A DNA stretch of 64,000 bases from Eledone cirrhosa (Eukaryota). The position numbers and the translations under genes were made by a program. Positions within the stretch are counted from its first letter, which is position 1. Each line of letters opens with the position of its first letter. Location: the NCBI GenBank assembly GCA_964016885.1, contig CAXHJY010000397.1, forward strand, positions 186,001 to 250,000. The letters are read 5' to 3'. The notes under the pieces are model-generated. The model did no database searches, was not told the DNA's origin, and worked only from the letters and a program-made list of their open reading frames with translations. Positions 49,201-60,759 of the stretch are shown here, one piece after another.

Positions 49201-52200
49201 GCTTAGGATAGTTTAGCTTAGCTTAGCTTAGCTTAGGATAGCTTAGCTTAGCTTAGGATAGCTTAGGATAGCTTAGCTTAGGATAGCTTAGCATAGCTTA
49301 GCTTAGGATAGCTTAGCTTAGGATAGCTTAGCTTAGGATAGCTTAGGATAGCTTAGCTTAGCTTAGCTTAGGATAGCTTAGCTTAGCTTAGCTTAGGATA
49401 GCTTAGCTTAGCTTAGCTTAGGATAGCTTAGGATAGCTTAGCTTAGGATAGCTTAGGATAGCTTAGCTTAGGAAAGCTTAGGATAGCTTAGCTTAGGATA
49501 GCTTAGGATAGCTTAGCTTAGGATAGCTTAGGATAGCTTAGCTTAGCTTAGCTTAGGATAGCTTAGCTTAGCTTAGCCTAGGTAGCTTAGCTTAGCTTAG
49601 CTTAGGATAGCTTAGGATAGCTTAGCTTAGGATAGCTTAGGATAGCTTAGCTTATGATAGCTTAGCTTAGGATAGCTTAGGATAGCTTAGCTTAGGATAG
49701 CTTAGCTTAGGATAGCTTAGGATAGCTTAGCTTAGCTTAGCTTAGGATAGCTTAGCTTAGCTTAGGATAGCTTAGCTTAGCTTAGCTTAGCTTAGGATAG
49801 CTTAGCTTAGCTTAGCTTAGGATAGCTTAGCTTAGCTTAGCTTAGGATAGCTTAGGATAGCTTAGCTTAGGATAGCTTAGGATAGCTTAGCTTAGGATAG
49901 CTTAGGATAGCTTAGCTTAGGATAGCTTAGGATAGCTTAGCTTAGGATAGCTTAGGATAGCTTAGCTTAGCTTAGCTTAGGATAGCTTAGCTTAGCTTAG
50001 CTTAGGTAGCTTAGCTTAGCTTAGCTTAGGATAGCTTAGGATAGCTTAGCTTAGGATAGCTTAGCTTAGCTTAGGATAGCTTAGCTTAGCTTAGCTTAGG
50101 ATAGCTTAGCTTAGCTTAGCTTAGGATAGCTTAGCTTAGCTTAGGATAGCTTAGCTTAGCTTAGCTTAGGATAGCTTAGCTTAGCTTAGGATAGCTTAGC
50201 TTAGCTTAGCTTAGCTTAGGAGAGCTTAGCTTAGCTTAGCTTAGGATAGCTTAGCTTAGCTTAGCTTAGGATAGCTTAGCTTAGCTTAGGATAGCTTAGC
50301 TTAGCTTAGCTTATCTTAGCTTAGGATAGCTTAGCTTAGCTTAGCTTAGGATAGCTTAGCTTAGCTTAGCTTAGGATAGCTTAGGATAGCTTAGCTTAGG
50401 ATAGCTTAGGATAGCTTACCTTAGGATAGCTTAGCTTAGGATAGCTTAGCTTAGGATAGCTTAGGATAGCTTAGCTTAGCTTAGCTTAGGATAACTTAGC
50501 TTAGCTTAGCTTAGGATAGCTTAGCTTAGCTTAGCTTAGGATAGCTTAGCTTAGCTTAGGATAGCTTAGCTTAGCTTAGCTTAGGATAGCTTAGCTTAGC
50601 TTAGCTTAGGATAGCTTAGCTTAGGATAACTTAGCTTAGGATAGCTTAGCTTAGGATAGCTTAGGATAGCTTAGCTTAGGATAGCTTAGGATAGCTTAGC
50701 TTCGGATAGCTTAGCTTAGCTAAGGATTGCTTAGCTTAGGATAGCTTAGGATAGCTTAGCTTAGCTTAGCTTAGGATAGCTTAGCTTAGCTTAGGATAGC
50801 TTATCTTAGCTTAGGATAGCTTAGCTTAGCTTAGGATAGCTTAGCTTAGCTTAGGATAGCTTAGCTTAGCTTAGCTTAGGATAGCTTAGCTTAGCTTAGC
50901 TTAGGATAGCTTAGCTTAGCTTAGCTTAGGATAGCTTAGGATAGCTTAGCTTAGCTTAGGATAGCTTAGCTTAGCTTAGCTTAGGATAGCTTAGCTTAGC
51001 TTAGCTTAGGATAGCTTAGGATAGCTTAGCTTAGGATAGCTTAGGATAGCTTAGCTTAGGATAGCTTAGGATAGCTTAGCTTAGGATAGCTTAGGATAGC
51101 TTAGCTTAGGATAGCTTAGCTTAGGATAGCTTAGCTTAGCTTAGCTTAGGAGAGCTTAGCTTAGGATAGCTTAGGATAGCTTAGCTTAGGATAGCTTAGC
51201 TTAGGATAGCTTAGGATAGCTTAGCTTAGCTTAGCTTAGGATAGCTTAGCTTAGCTTAGCTTAGGATAGCTTAGCTTAGCTTAGGATAGCTTAGCTTAGC
51301 TTACCTTAGGATAGCTTAGCTTAGCTTAGCTTAGGATAGCTTAGCTTAGCTTAGCTTAGGATAGCTTAGCTTAGCTTAGGATAGCTTAGCTTAGCTTAGC
51401 TTAGGATAGCGTAGCTTAGCTTAGCTTAGGATTACTTAGCTTAGCTTAGCTTAGGATAGCTTAGCTTAGGATAGCTTAGCTTAGCTTAGCTTAGGATAGC
51501 TTAGCTTAGCTTAGCTTAGCTTAGGATAGCTAAGCTTAGCTTAGGATAGCTTAGCTTAGCTTAGCTTAGGATAGCTTAGCTTAGCTTAGCTTAGCTTAGC
51601 TTAGGACAGCTTAGCTTAGCTTAGCTTAGGATAGCTTAGCTTAGCTTAGCTTAGGATAGCTTAGCTTAGCTTAGCTTAGTATAGCTTAGCTTAGCTTAGG
51701 ATAGCTTAGGATAGCTTAGCTTAGGATAGCTTAGGATAGCTTAGCTTAGGATAGCTTAGGATAGCTTAGCTTAGGATAGCTTAGCTTAGGATAGCTTAGC
51801 TTAGCTTAGCTTAGGATAGCTTAGCTTGGGATAGCTTAGGATAGCTTAGCTTAGGAAAGCTTAGCTTAGGATAGCTTAGCTTAGGATAGCTTAGGATAGC
51901 TTAGCTTAGCTTAGCTTAGGATAGCTTAGCTTAGCTTAGCTTAGGATAGCTTAGCTTAGCTTAGGATAGCTTAGCTTAGCTTAGGATAGCTTAGCTTAGC
52001 TTAGCTTAGGATAGCTTAGCTTAGCTTAGCTTAGGATAGCTTAGCTTAGCTTAGCTTAGGATAGCTTAGCTTAGCTTAGGATAGCTTAGCTTAGCTTAGG
52101 ATAGCTTAGCTTAGGATAGTTTAGCTTAGGATAGCTTAGGATAGCTTAGCTTAGGATAGCTTAGGATAGCTTAGCTTAGGATAGCTTAGCTTAGCTTAGC

Positions 52201-54448
52201 TTAGGATAGCTTAGCTTAGCTTAGGTAGCTTAGCTTAGCTTAGCTTAGGATAGCTTAGCTTAGGATAGCTTAGGATAGCTTAGCTTAGCTTAGCTTAGGA
52301 TAGCTTAGCATAGCTTAGGATAGCTTAGCTTAGCTTAGGTTAGCTTAGCTTAGCTTAGGATAGCTTAGCTTAGCTTAGCTTAGGATAGCTTAGCTTAGCT
52401 TAGCTTAGGATAGCTTAGCTTAGCTTAGCTTAGGATAGCTTAGCTTAGCTTAGCTTAGGATAGCTTAGCTTAGCTTAGCTTAGGATAGCTTAGCTTAGCT
52501 TAGCTTAGGATAGCTTAGCTTAGCTTAGCTTAGGATAGCTTAGCTTAGCTTAGTTTAGGATAGCTTAGCTTAGGATAGCTTAGCTTAGCTTAGGATAGCT
52601 TAGCTTAGCTTAGCTTAGGATAGCTTAGCTTAGCTTAGCTTAGGATAGCTCAGCTTAGCTTAGCTAAGGATAGCTTAGCTTAGCTTGGCTTAGGATAGCT
52701 TAGCTTAGCTTAGCTTAGGATAGCTTAGCTTAGCTTAGCTTAGGATAGCTTAGCTTAGCTTAGCTTAGGATAGCTTAGCTTAGCTTAGCTTAGGATAGCT
52801 TAGCTTAATTTAGGATAGCTTAGTTTAGCTTGGCTTAGGATAGCTTAGCTTAGCTTTGCTTAGGATAGCTTAGCTTAGGATAGCTTAGGATAGCTTAGCT
52901 TAGCATAGCTTAGGATAGCTTAGCTTAGGATAGCTTAGCTTAGGATAGCTTAGGATAGCTTAGCTTAGGATAGCTTAGGATAGCTTAGCTTAGGATAGCT
53001 TAGCTTAGGATAGCTTAGCTTAGCTTAGATTAGGATAGCTTAGCTTAGCTTAGCTTAGGATAGCTTAGGATAGCTTAGCTTAGGATAGCTTAGGATAGCT
53101 TAGCTTAGGATAGCTTAGCTTAGGATAGCTTAGCTTAGGATAGCTTAGGATAGCTTAGCTTAGGATAGCTTAGCTTAGGATAGCTTAGGATAGCTTAGCT
53201 TAGCTTAGGATAGCTTAGCTTAGCTTAGCTTATGATAGCTTAGCTTAGCTTAGCTTAGCTTAGGATAGCTTAGCTTATCTTAGCTTAGGATAGCTTAGGA
53301 TAGCTTAGCTTAGGATAGCTTAGCTTAGCTTAGCTTAGGATAGCTTAGGATAGCTTAGCTTAGGATAGCTTAGGATAGCTTAGCTTAGGATAGCTTAGCT
53401 TAGGATAGCTTAGCTTAGCTTAGCTTAGGAGAGCTTAGCTTAGGAAAGCTTAGGATAGCTTAGCTTAGGATAGCTTAGCTTAGGATAGCTTAGGATAGCT
53501 TAGCTTAGCTTAGCTTAGGATAGCTTAGCTTAGCTTAGCTTAGGATAGCTTAGCTTAGCTTAGGATAGCTTAGCTTAGCTTACCTTAGGATAGCTTAGCT
53601 TAGCTTAGCTTAGGATAGCTTAGCTTAGCTTAGCTTAGGATAGCTTAGCTTAGCTTAGGATAGCTTAGCTTAGCTTAGCTTAGGATAGCTTAGCTTAGGA
53701 TAGCTTAGCTTAGGTTAGCTTAGCTTAGCTTAGCTTAGGATAGCTTAGGATAGCTTAGCTTAGGATAGCTTAGCTTAGCTTAGCTTAGGATAGCTTAGCT
53801 TAGCTTAGGATAGCTTAGCTTAGGATAGCTTAGGATAGCTTAGCTTAGCTTAGCTTAGCTTAGGATAGCTTAGCTTAGCTTAGCTTAGGATAGCTTAGCT
53901 TAGCTTAGGATAGCTTAGCTTAGCTTAGCTTAGGATAGCTTAGGATAGCTTAGGATAGCTTAGGATAGCTTAGCTTAGGATAGCTTAGCTTAGCTTAGCT
54001 TAGGATAGCTTAGCTTAGCTTAGCTTAGGATAGCTTAGCTTAGCTTAGGATAGCTTAGCTTAGCTTAGCTTAGGATAGCTTAGCTTAGCTTAGCTTAGGA
54101 TAGCTTAGCTTAGCTTAGGATAGCTTAGCTTAGCTTAACTTAGGATAGCTTAGCTTAGCTTAGCTTAGCTTAGGATAGCTTAGCTTAGCTTAGGATAGCT
54201 TAGCTTAGCTTAGCTTAGGATAGCTTAGCTTAGCTTAGGATAGCTTAGCTTAGCTTAGCTTAGGAGAGCTTAGCTTAGCTTAGGATAGCTTAGCTTAGCT
54301 TAGCTTAGGATAGCTTAGCTTAGCTTAGCTTAGGATAGCTTAGCTTAGCTTAGCTTAGGAGAGCTTAGCTTAGCTTAGCTTAGGATAGCTTAGCTTAGCT
54401 TAGCTTAGCTTAGGATAGCTTAGCTTAGCTTAGCTTAGGATAGCTTAG
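43230..54448 (+). repeat. Two-copy tandem duplication, period 5582 bp
   Basis: GAGAG 43325/48907, GTAG 44000/49582, 44424/50006, 46643/52225, GATAA 45043/50625, CGTAG 45828/51410, CTTAT 47692/53274, GAGAG 48777/54359; all exactly 5582. Confidence 0.94.
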
Positions 54449-54848
54449 GATAGCTTACCTTAGGAGAGCTTAGCTTAGGATAGCTTAGCTTAGGATAGCT
54501 TAGGATAACTTAGCTTAGGATAGCTTAGCTTAGGATAGCTTAGCTTAGGATAGCTTAGCTTAGGATAGCTTAGGATAGCTTAGCTTAGCTTAGGATAGCT
54601 TAGCTTAGCTTTGCTTAGGATAGCTTAGCTTAGCTTAGCTTAGGATAGCTTAGGATAGCTTAGCTTAGGATAGCTTAGGATAGCTTAGCTTAGGATAGCT
54701 TAGCTTAGGATAGCTTAGGATAGCTTAGCTTAGCTTAGCTTAGGATAGCTTAGCTTAGCTTAGCTTTGGATAGCTTAGCTTAGCTTAGCTTAGCTTAGGA
54801 TAGCTTAGCTTAGCTTAGGATAGCTTAGGATAGCTTAGCTTAGGATAG

Positions 54849-57800
54849 CTTAGGATAGCTTAGCTTAGGATAGCTTAGCTTAAGATAGCTTAGGATAGCT
54901 TAGCGTAGGATAGCTTAGCTTAGGATAGCTTAGCTTAGCTTAGCTTAGGATAGCTTAGCTTGGGATAGCTTAGGATAGCTTAGCTTAGGATAGCTTAGGA
55001 TAGCTTAGCTTAGCTTAGCTTAGGATAGCTTACCTTAGCTTAGGATAGATTAGCTTAGCTTAGCTTAGGATAGCTTAGCTTAGCTTAGGATAGCTTAGCT
55101 TAGCTTAGCTTAGGATAGCTTAGCTTAGGATAGCTTAGCTTAGGATAGCTTAGCTTAGGATAGCTTAGCTTAGGATAGCTTAGCTTAGGTAGCTTAGCTT
55201 AGGTTAGCTTAGCTTAGCTTAGCTTAGGATAGCTTAGCTTAGGATAGCTTAGGATAGCTTAGCTTAGCTTAGCTTAGGATAGCTTAGCTTAGCTTAGCTT
55301 AGGATAGCTTAGCTTAGCTTAGGATAGCTTAGCTTAGCTTAGCTTAGGATAGCTTAGCTTAGCTTAGCTTAGGATAGCTTAGCTTAGCTTAGCTTAGGAT
55401 AGCTTAGCTTAGCTTAGTTTAGGATAGCTTAGGTTAGGATAGCTTAGCTTAGCTTAGCTTAGGATAGCTTAGCTTAGCTTAGCTTAGCTTAGGATAGCTT
55501 AGCTTAGCTTAGCTTAGGATAGCTTAGCTTAGCTTAGGATAGCTTAGCTTAGCTTAGCTTAGGATAGCTTAGCTTAGCTTAGCTTAGGATAGCTTAGCTT
55601 AGCTTAGCTTAGGATAGCTTAGCTTGGCTTAGCTTAGGATAGCTTAGCTTAGCTTGGCTTAGGATAGCCTAGCTTAGCTTAGCTTAGGATGGCTTAGCTT
55701 AGCTTAGCTTAGGATAGCTTAGCTTAGCTTAGCTTAGCTTAGTTTAGGATAGCTTAGCTTAGCTTAGCTTAGGATAGCTTAGGATAGCTTAGCTTAGGAT
55801 AGCTTAGGATAGCTTAGCTTAGGATAGCTTAGGATAGCTTAGCTTAGGATAGCTTAGCTTAGGATAGATTAGCTTAGGATAGCTTATGATAGCTTAGCTT
55901 AGGATAGCTTAGGATAGCTTAGGATAGCTTAGCTTAGGATAGCTTAGCTTAGGATAGCTTAGGAAAGCTTAGCTTAGCTTAGCTTAGGATAGCTTAGCTT
56001 AGCTTAGGATAGCTTAGCTTAGCTTAGCTTAGCTTAGGATAGCTTAGCTTAGCTTAGCTTAGGATAGCTTAGGATAGCTTAGCTTAGGATAACTTAGGAT
56101 AGCTTAGCTTAGGATAGCTTAGGATAGCTTAGCTTAGGATAGCTTAGCTTAGGATAGCTTAGCTTAGCTTAGCTTAGCTTAGGATAGCTTAGGATAGCTT
56201 AGGATAGCTTAGCTTAGGATAGCTTAGCTTAGGATAGCTTAGGATAGCTTAGCTTAGCTTAGCTTAGGATAGCTTAGCTTAGCTTAGCTTAGGATAGCTT
56301 AGCTTAGCTTTGCTTAGGATAGCTTAGCTTAGGATAGCTTAGGATAGCTTAGCTTAGCATAGCTTAGGATAGCTTAGCTTAGGATAGCTTAGCTTAGGAT
56401 AGCTTAGGATAGCTTAGCTTAGGATAGCTTAGGATAGCTTAGCTTAGGATAGCTTAGCTTAGGATAGCTTAGCTTAGGATAGCTTAGGATAGCTTAGCTT
56501 AGGATAGCTTAGCTTAGGATAGCTTAGGATAGCTTAGCTTAGCTTAGGATAGCTTAGCTTAGCTTAGCTTATGATAGCTTAGCTTAGCTTAGCTTAGCTT
56601 AGGATAGCTTAGCTTAGCTTAGCTTAGGATAGCTTAGGATAGCTTAGCTTAGGATAGCTTAGCTTAGCTTAGCTTAGGATAGCTTAGGATAGCTTAGCTT
56701 AGGATAGCTTAGGATAGCTTAGCTTAGGATAGCTTAGCTTAGGATAGCTTAGCTTAGCTTAGCTTAGGAGAGCTTAGCTTAGGAAAGCTTAGGATAGCTT
56801 AGCTTAGGATAGCTTAGCTTAGGATAGCTTAGGATAGCTTAGCTTAGCTTTGCTTAGGATAGCTTAGCTTAGCTTAGCTTAGGATAGCTTAGCTTAGCTT
56901 AGGATAGCTTAGCTTAGCTTACCTTAGGATAGCTTAGCTTAGCTTAGCTTAGGATAGCTTAGCTTAGCTTAGCTTAGGATAGCTTAGCTTAGCTTAGGAT
57001 AGCTTAGCTTAGCTTAGCTTAGGATAGCTTAGCTTAGGATAGCTTAGCTTAGGTTAGCTTAGCTTAGCTTAGCTTAGGATAGCTTAGGATAGCTTAGCTT
57101 AGCTTAGCTTAGGATAGCTTAGCTTAGCTTAGGATAGCTTAGCTTAGGATAGCTTAGCATAGCTTAGCTTAGCTTAGCTTAGCTTAGGATAGCTTAGCTT
57201 AGCTTAGCTTAGGATAGCTTAGCTTAGCTTAGGATAGCTTAGCTTAGCTTAGCTTAGGATAGCTTAGGATAGCTTAGGATAGCTTAGGATAGCTTAGCTT
57301 AGGATAGCTTAGCTTAGCTTAGCTTAGGATAGCTTAGCTTAGCTTAGCTTAGGATAGCTTAGCTTAGCTTAGGATAGCTTAGCTTAGCTTAGCTTAGGAT
57401 AGCTTAGCTTAGCTTAGCTTAGGATAGCTTAGCTTAGCTTAGCTTAGGTTAGCTTAGCTTAGCTTAACTTAGGATAGCTTAGCTTAGCTTAGCTTAGCTT
57501 AGGATAGCTTAGCTTAGCTTAGGATAGCTTAGCTTAGCTTAGCTTAGGATAGCTTAGCTTAGCTTAGGATAGCTTAGCTTAGCTTAGCTTAGGAGAGCTT
57601 AGCTTAGCTTAGCTTAGGATAGCTTAGCTTAGCTTAGCTTAGGATAGCTTAGCTTAGCTTAGCTTAGGATAGCTTAGCTTAGCTTAGGATAGCTTAGCTT
57701 AGCTTAGCTTAGGATAGCTTAGGATAGCTTAGGATAGCTTAGGATAGCTTAGCTTAGGATAGCTTAGCTTAGCTTAGCTTAGGATAGCTTAGCTTAGCTT

Positions 57801-60686
57801 AGCTTAGGATAGCTTAGCTTAGCTTAGGATAGCTTAGCTTAGCTTAGCTTAGGATAGCTTAGCTTAGGATAGCTTAGCTTAAGATAGCTTAGGATAGCTT
57901 AGCGTAGGATAGCTTAGCTTAGGATAGCTTAGCTTAGCTTAGCTTAGGATAGCTTAGCTTGGGATAGCTTAGGATAGCTTAGCTTAGGATAGCTTAGGAT
58001 AGCTTAGCTTAGCTTAGCTTAGGATAGCTTACCTTAGCTTAGGATAGATTAGCTTAGCTTAGCTTAGGATAGCTTAGCTTAGCTTAGGATAGCTTAGCTT
58101 AGCTTAGCTTAGGATAGCTTAGCTTAGGATAGCTTAGCTTAGGATAGCTTAGCTTAGGATAGCTTAGCTTAGGATAGCTTAGCTTAGGTAGCTTAGCTTA
58201 GGTTAGCTTAGCTTAGCTTAGCTTAGGATAGCTTAGCTTAGGATAGCTTAGGATAGCTTAGCTTAGCTTAGCTTAGGATAGCTTAGCTTAGCTTAGCTTA
58301 GGATAGCTTAGCTTAGCTTAGGATAGCTTAGCTTAGCTTAGCTTAGGATAGCTTAGCTTAGCTTAGCTTAGGATAGCTTAGCTTAGCTTAGCTTAGGATA
58401 GCTTAGCTTAGCTTAGTTTAGGATAGCTTAGGTTAGGATAGCTTAGCTTAGCTTAGCTTAGGATAGCTTAGCTTAGCTTAGCTTAGCTTAGGATAGCTTA
58501 GCTTAGCTTAGCTTAGGATAGCTTAGCTTAGCTTAGGATAGCTTAGCTTAGCTTAGCTTAGGATAGCTTAGCTTAGCTTAGCTTAGGATAGCTTAGCTTA
58601 GCTTAGCTTAGGATAGCTTAGCTTGGCTTAGCTTAGGATAGCTTAGCTTAGCTTGGCTTAGGATAGCCTAGCTTAGCTTAGCTTAGGATGGCTTAGCTTA
58701 GCTTAGCTTAGGATAGCTTAGCTTAGCTTAGCTTAGCTTAGTTTAGGATAGCTTAGCTTAGCTTAGCTTAGGATAGCTTAGGATAGCTTAGCTTAGGATA
58801 GCTTAGGATAGCTTAGCTTAGGATAGCTTAGGATAGCTTAGCTTAGGATAGCTTAGCTTAGGATAGATTAGCTTAGGATAGCTTATGATAGCTTAGCTTA
58901 GGATAGCTTAGGATAGCTTAGGATAGCTTAGCTTAGGATAGCTTAGCTTAGGATAGCTTAGGAAAGCTTAGCTTAGCTTAGCTTAGGATAGCTTAGCTTA
59001 GCTTAGGATAGCTTAGCTTAGCTTAGCTTAGCTTAGGATAGCTTAGCTTAGCTTAGCTTAGGATAGCTTAGGATAGCTTAGCTTAGGATAACTTAGGATA
59101 GCTTAGCTTAGGATAGCTTAGGATAGCTTAGCTTAGGATAGCTTAGCTTAGGATAGCTTAGCTTAGCTTAGCTTAGCTTAGGATAGCTTAGGATAGCTTA
59201 GGATAGCTTAGCTTAGGATAGCTTAGCTTAGGATAGCTTAGGATAGCTTAGCTTAGCTTAGCTTAGGATAGCTTAGCTTAGCTTAGCTTAGGATAGCTTA
59301 GCTTAGCTTTGCTTAGGATAGCTTAGCTTAGGATAGCTTAGGATAGCTTAGCTTAGCATAGCTTAGGATAGCTTAGCTTAGGATAGCTTAGCTTAGGATA
59401 GCTTAGGATAGCTTAGCTTAGGATAGCTTAGGATAGCTTAGCTTAGGATAGCTTAGCTTAGGATAGCTTAGCTTAGGATAGCTTAGGATAGCTTAGCTTA
59501 GGATAGCTTAGCTTAGGATAGCTTAGGATAGCTTAGCTTAGCTTAGGATAGCTTAGCTTAGCTTAGCTTATGATAGCTTAGCTTAGCTTAGCTTAGCTTA
59601 GGATAGCTTAGCTTAGCTTAGCTTAGGATAGCTTAGGATAGCTTAGCTTAGGATAGCTTAGCTTAGCTTAGCTTAGGATAGCTTAGGATAGCTTAGCTTA
59701 GGATAGCTTAGGATAGCTTAGCTTAGGATAGCTTAGCTTAGGATAGCTTAGCTTAGCTTAGCTTAGGAGAGCTTAGCTTAGGAAAGCTTAGGATAGCTTA
59801 GCTTAGGATAGCTTAGCTTAGGATAGCTTAGGATAGCTTAGCTTAGCTTTGCTTAGGATAGCTTAGCTTAGCTTAGCTTAGGATAGCTTAGCTTAGCTTA
59901 GGATAGCTTAGCTTAGCTTACCTTAGGATAGCTTAGCTTAGCTTAGCTTAGGATAGCTTAGCTTAGCTTAGCTTAGGATAGCTTAGCTTAGCTTAGGATA
60001 GCTTAGCTTAGCTTAGCTTAGGATAGCTTAGCTTAGGATAGCTTAGCTTAGGTTAGCTTAGCTTAGCTTAGCTTAGGATAGCTTAGGATAGCTTAGCTTA
60101 GCTTAGCTTAGGATAGCTTAGCTTAGCTTAGGATAGCTTAGCTTAGGATAGCTTAGCATAGCTTAGCTTAGCTTAGCTTAGCTTAGGATAGCTTAGCTTA
60201 GCTTAGCTTAGGATAGCTTAGCTTAGCTTAGGATAGCTTAGCTTAGCTTAGCTTAGGATAGCTTAGGATAGCTTAGGATAGCTTAGGATAGCTTAGCTTA
60301 GGATAGCTTAGCTTAGCTTAGCTTAGGATAGCTTAGCTTAGCTTAGCTTAGGATAGCTTAGCTTAGCTTAGGATAGCTTAGCTTAGCTTAGCTTAGGATA
60401 GCTTAGCTTAGCTTAGCTTAGGATAGCTTAGCTTAGCTTAGCTTAGGTTAGCTTAGCTTAGCTTAACTTAGGATAGCTTAGCTTAGCTTAGCTTAGCTTA
60501 GGATAGCTTAGCTTAGCTTAGGATAGCTTAGCTTAGCTTAGCTTAGGATAGCTTAGCTTAGCTTAGGATAGCTTAGCTTAGCTTAGCTTAGGAGAGCTTA
60601 GCTTAGCTTAGCTTAGGATAGCTTAGCTTAGCTTAGCTTAGGATAGCTTAGCTTAGCTTAGCTTAGGATAGCTTAGCTTAGCTTAG
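54849..60686 (+). repeat. Tandem duplication, period 2999 bp
   Basis: CTTAA 54879/57878, CGTAG 54904/57903, GTAG 55189/58188, GATGG 55688/58687, GAGAG 57593/60592; all exactly 2999. Confidence 0.93.
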
Positions 60687-60759
60687 CTTAGGATAGCTTA
60701 GCTTAGCTTAGCTTAGGATAGCTTAGCTTAGCTTAGGATAGCTTAGCTTAGCTTAGCTT

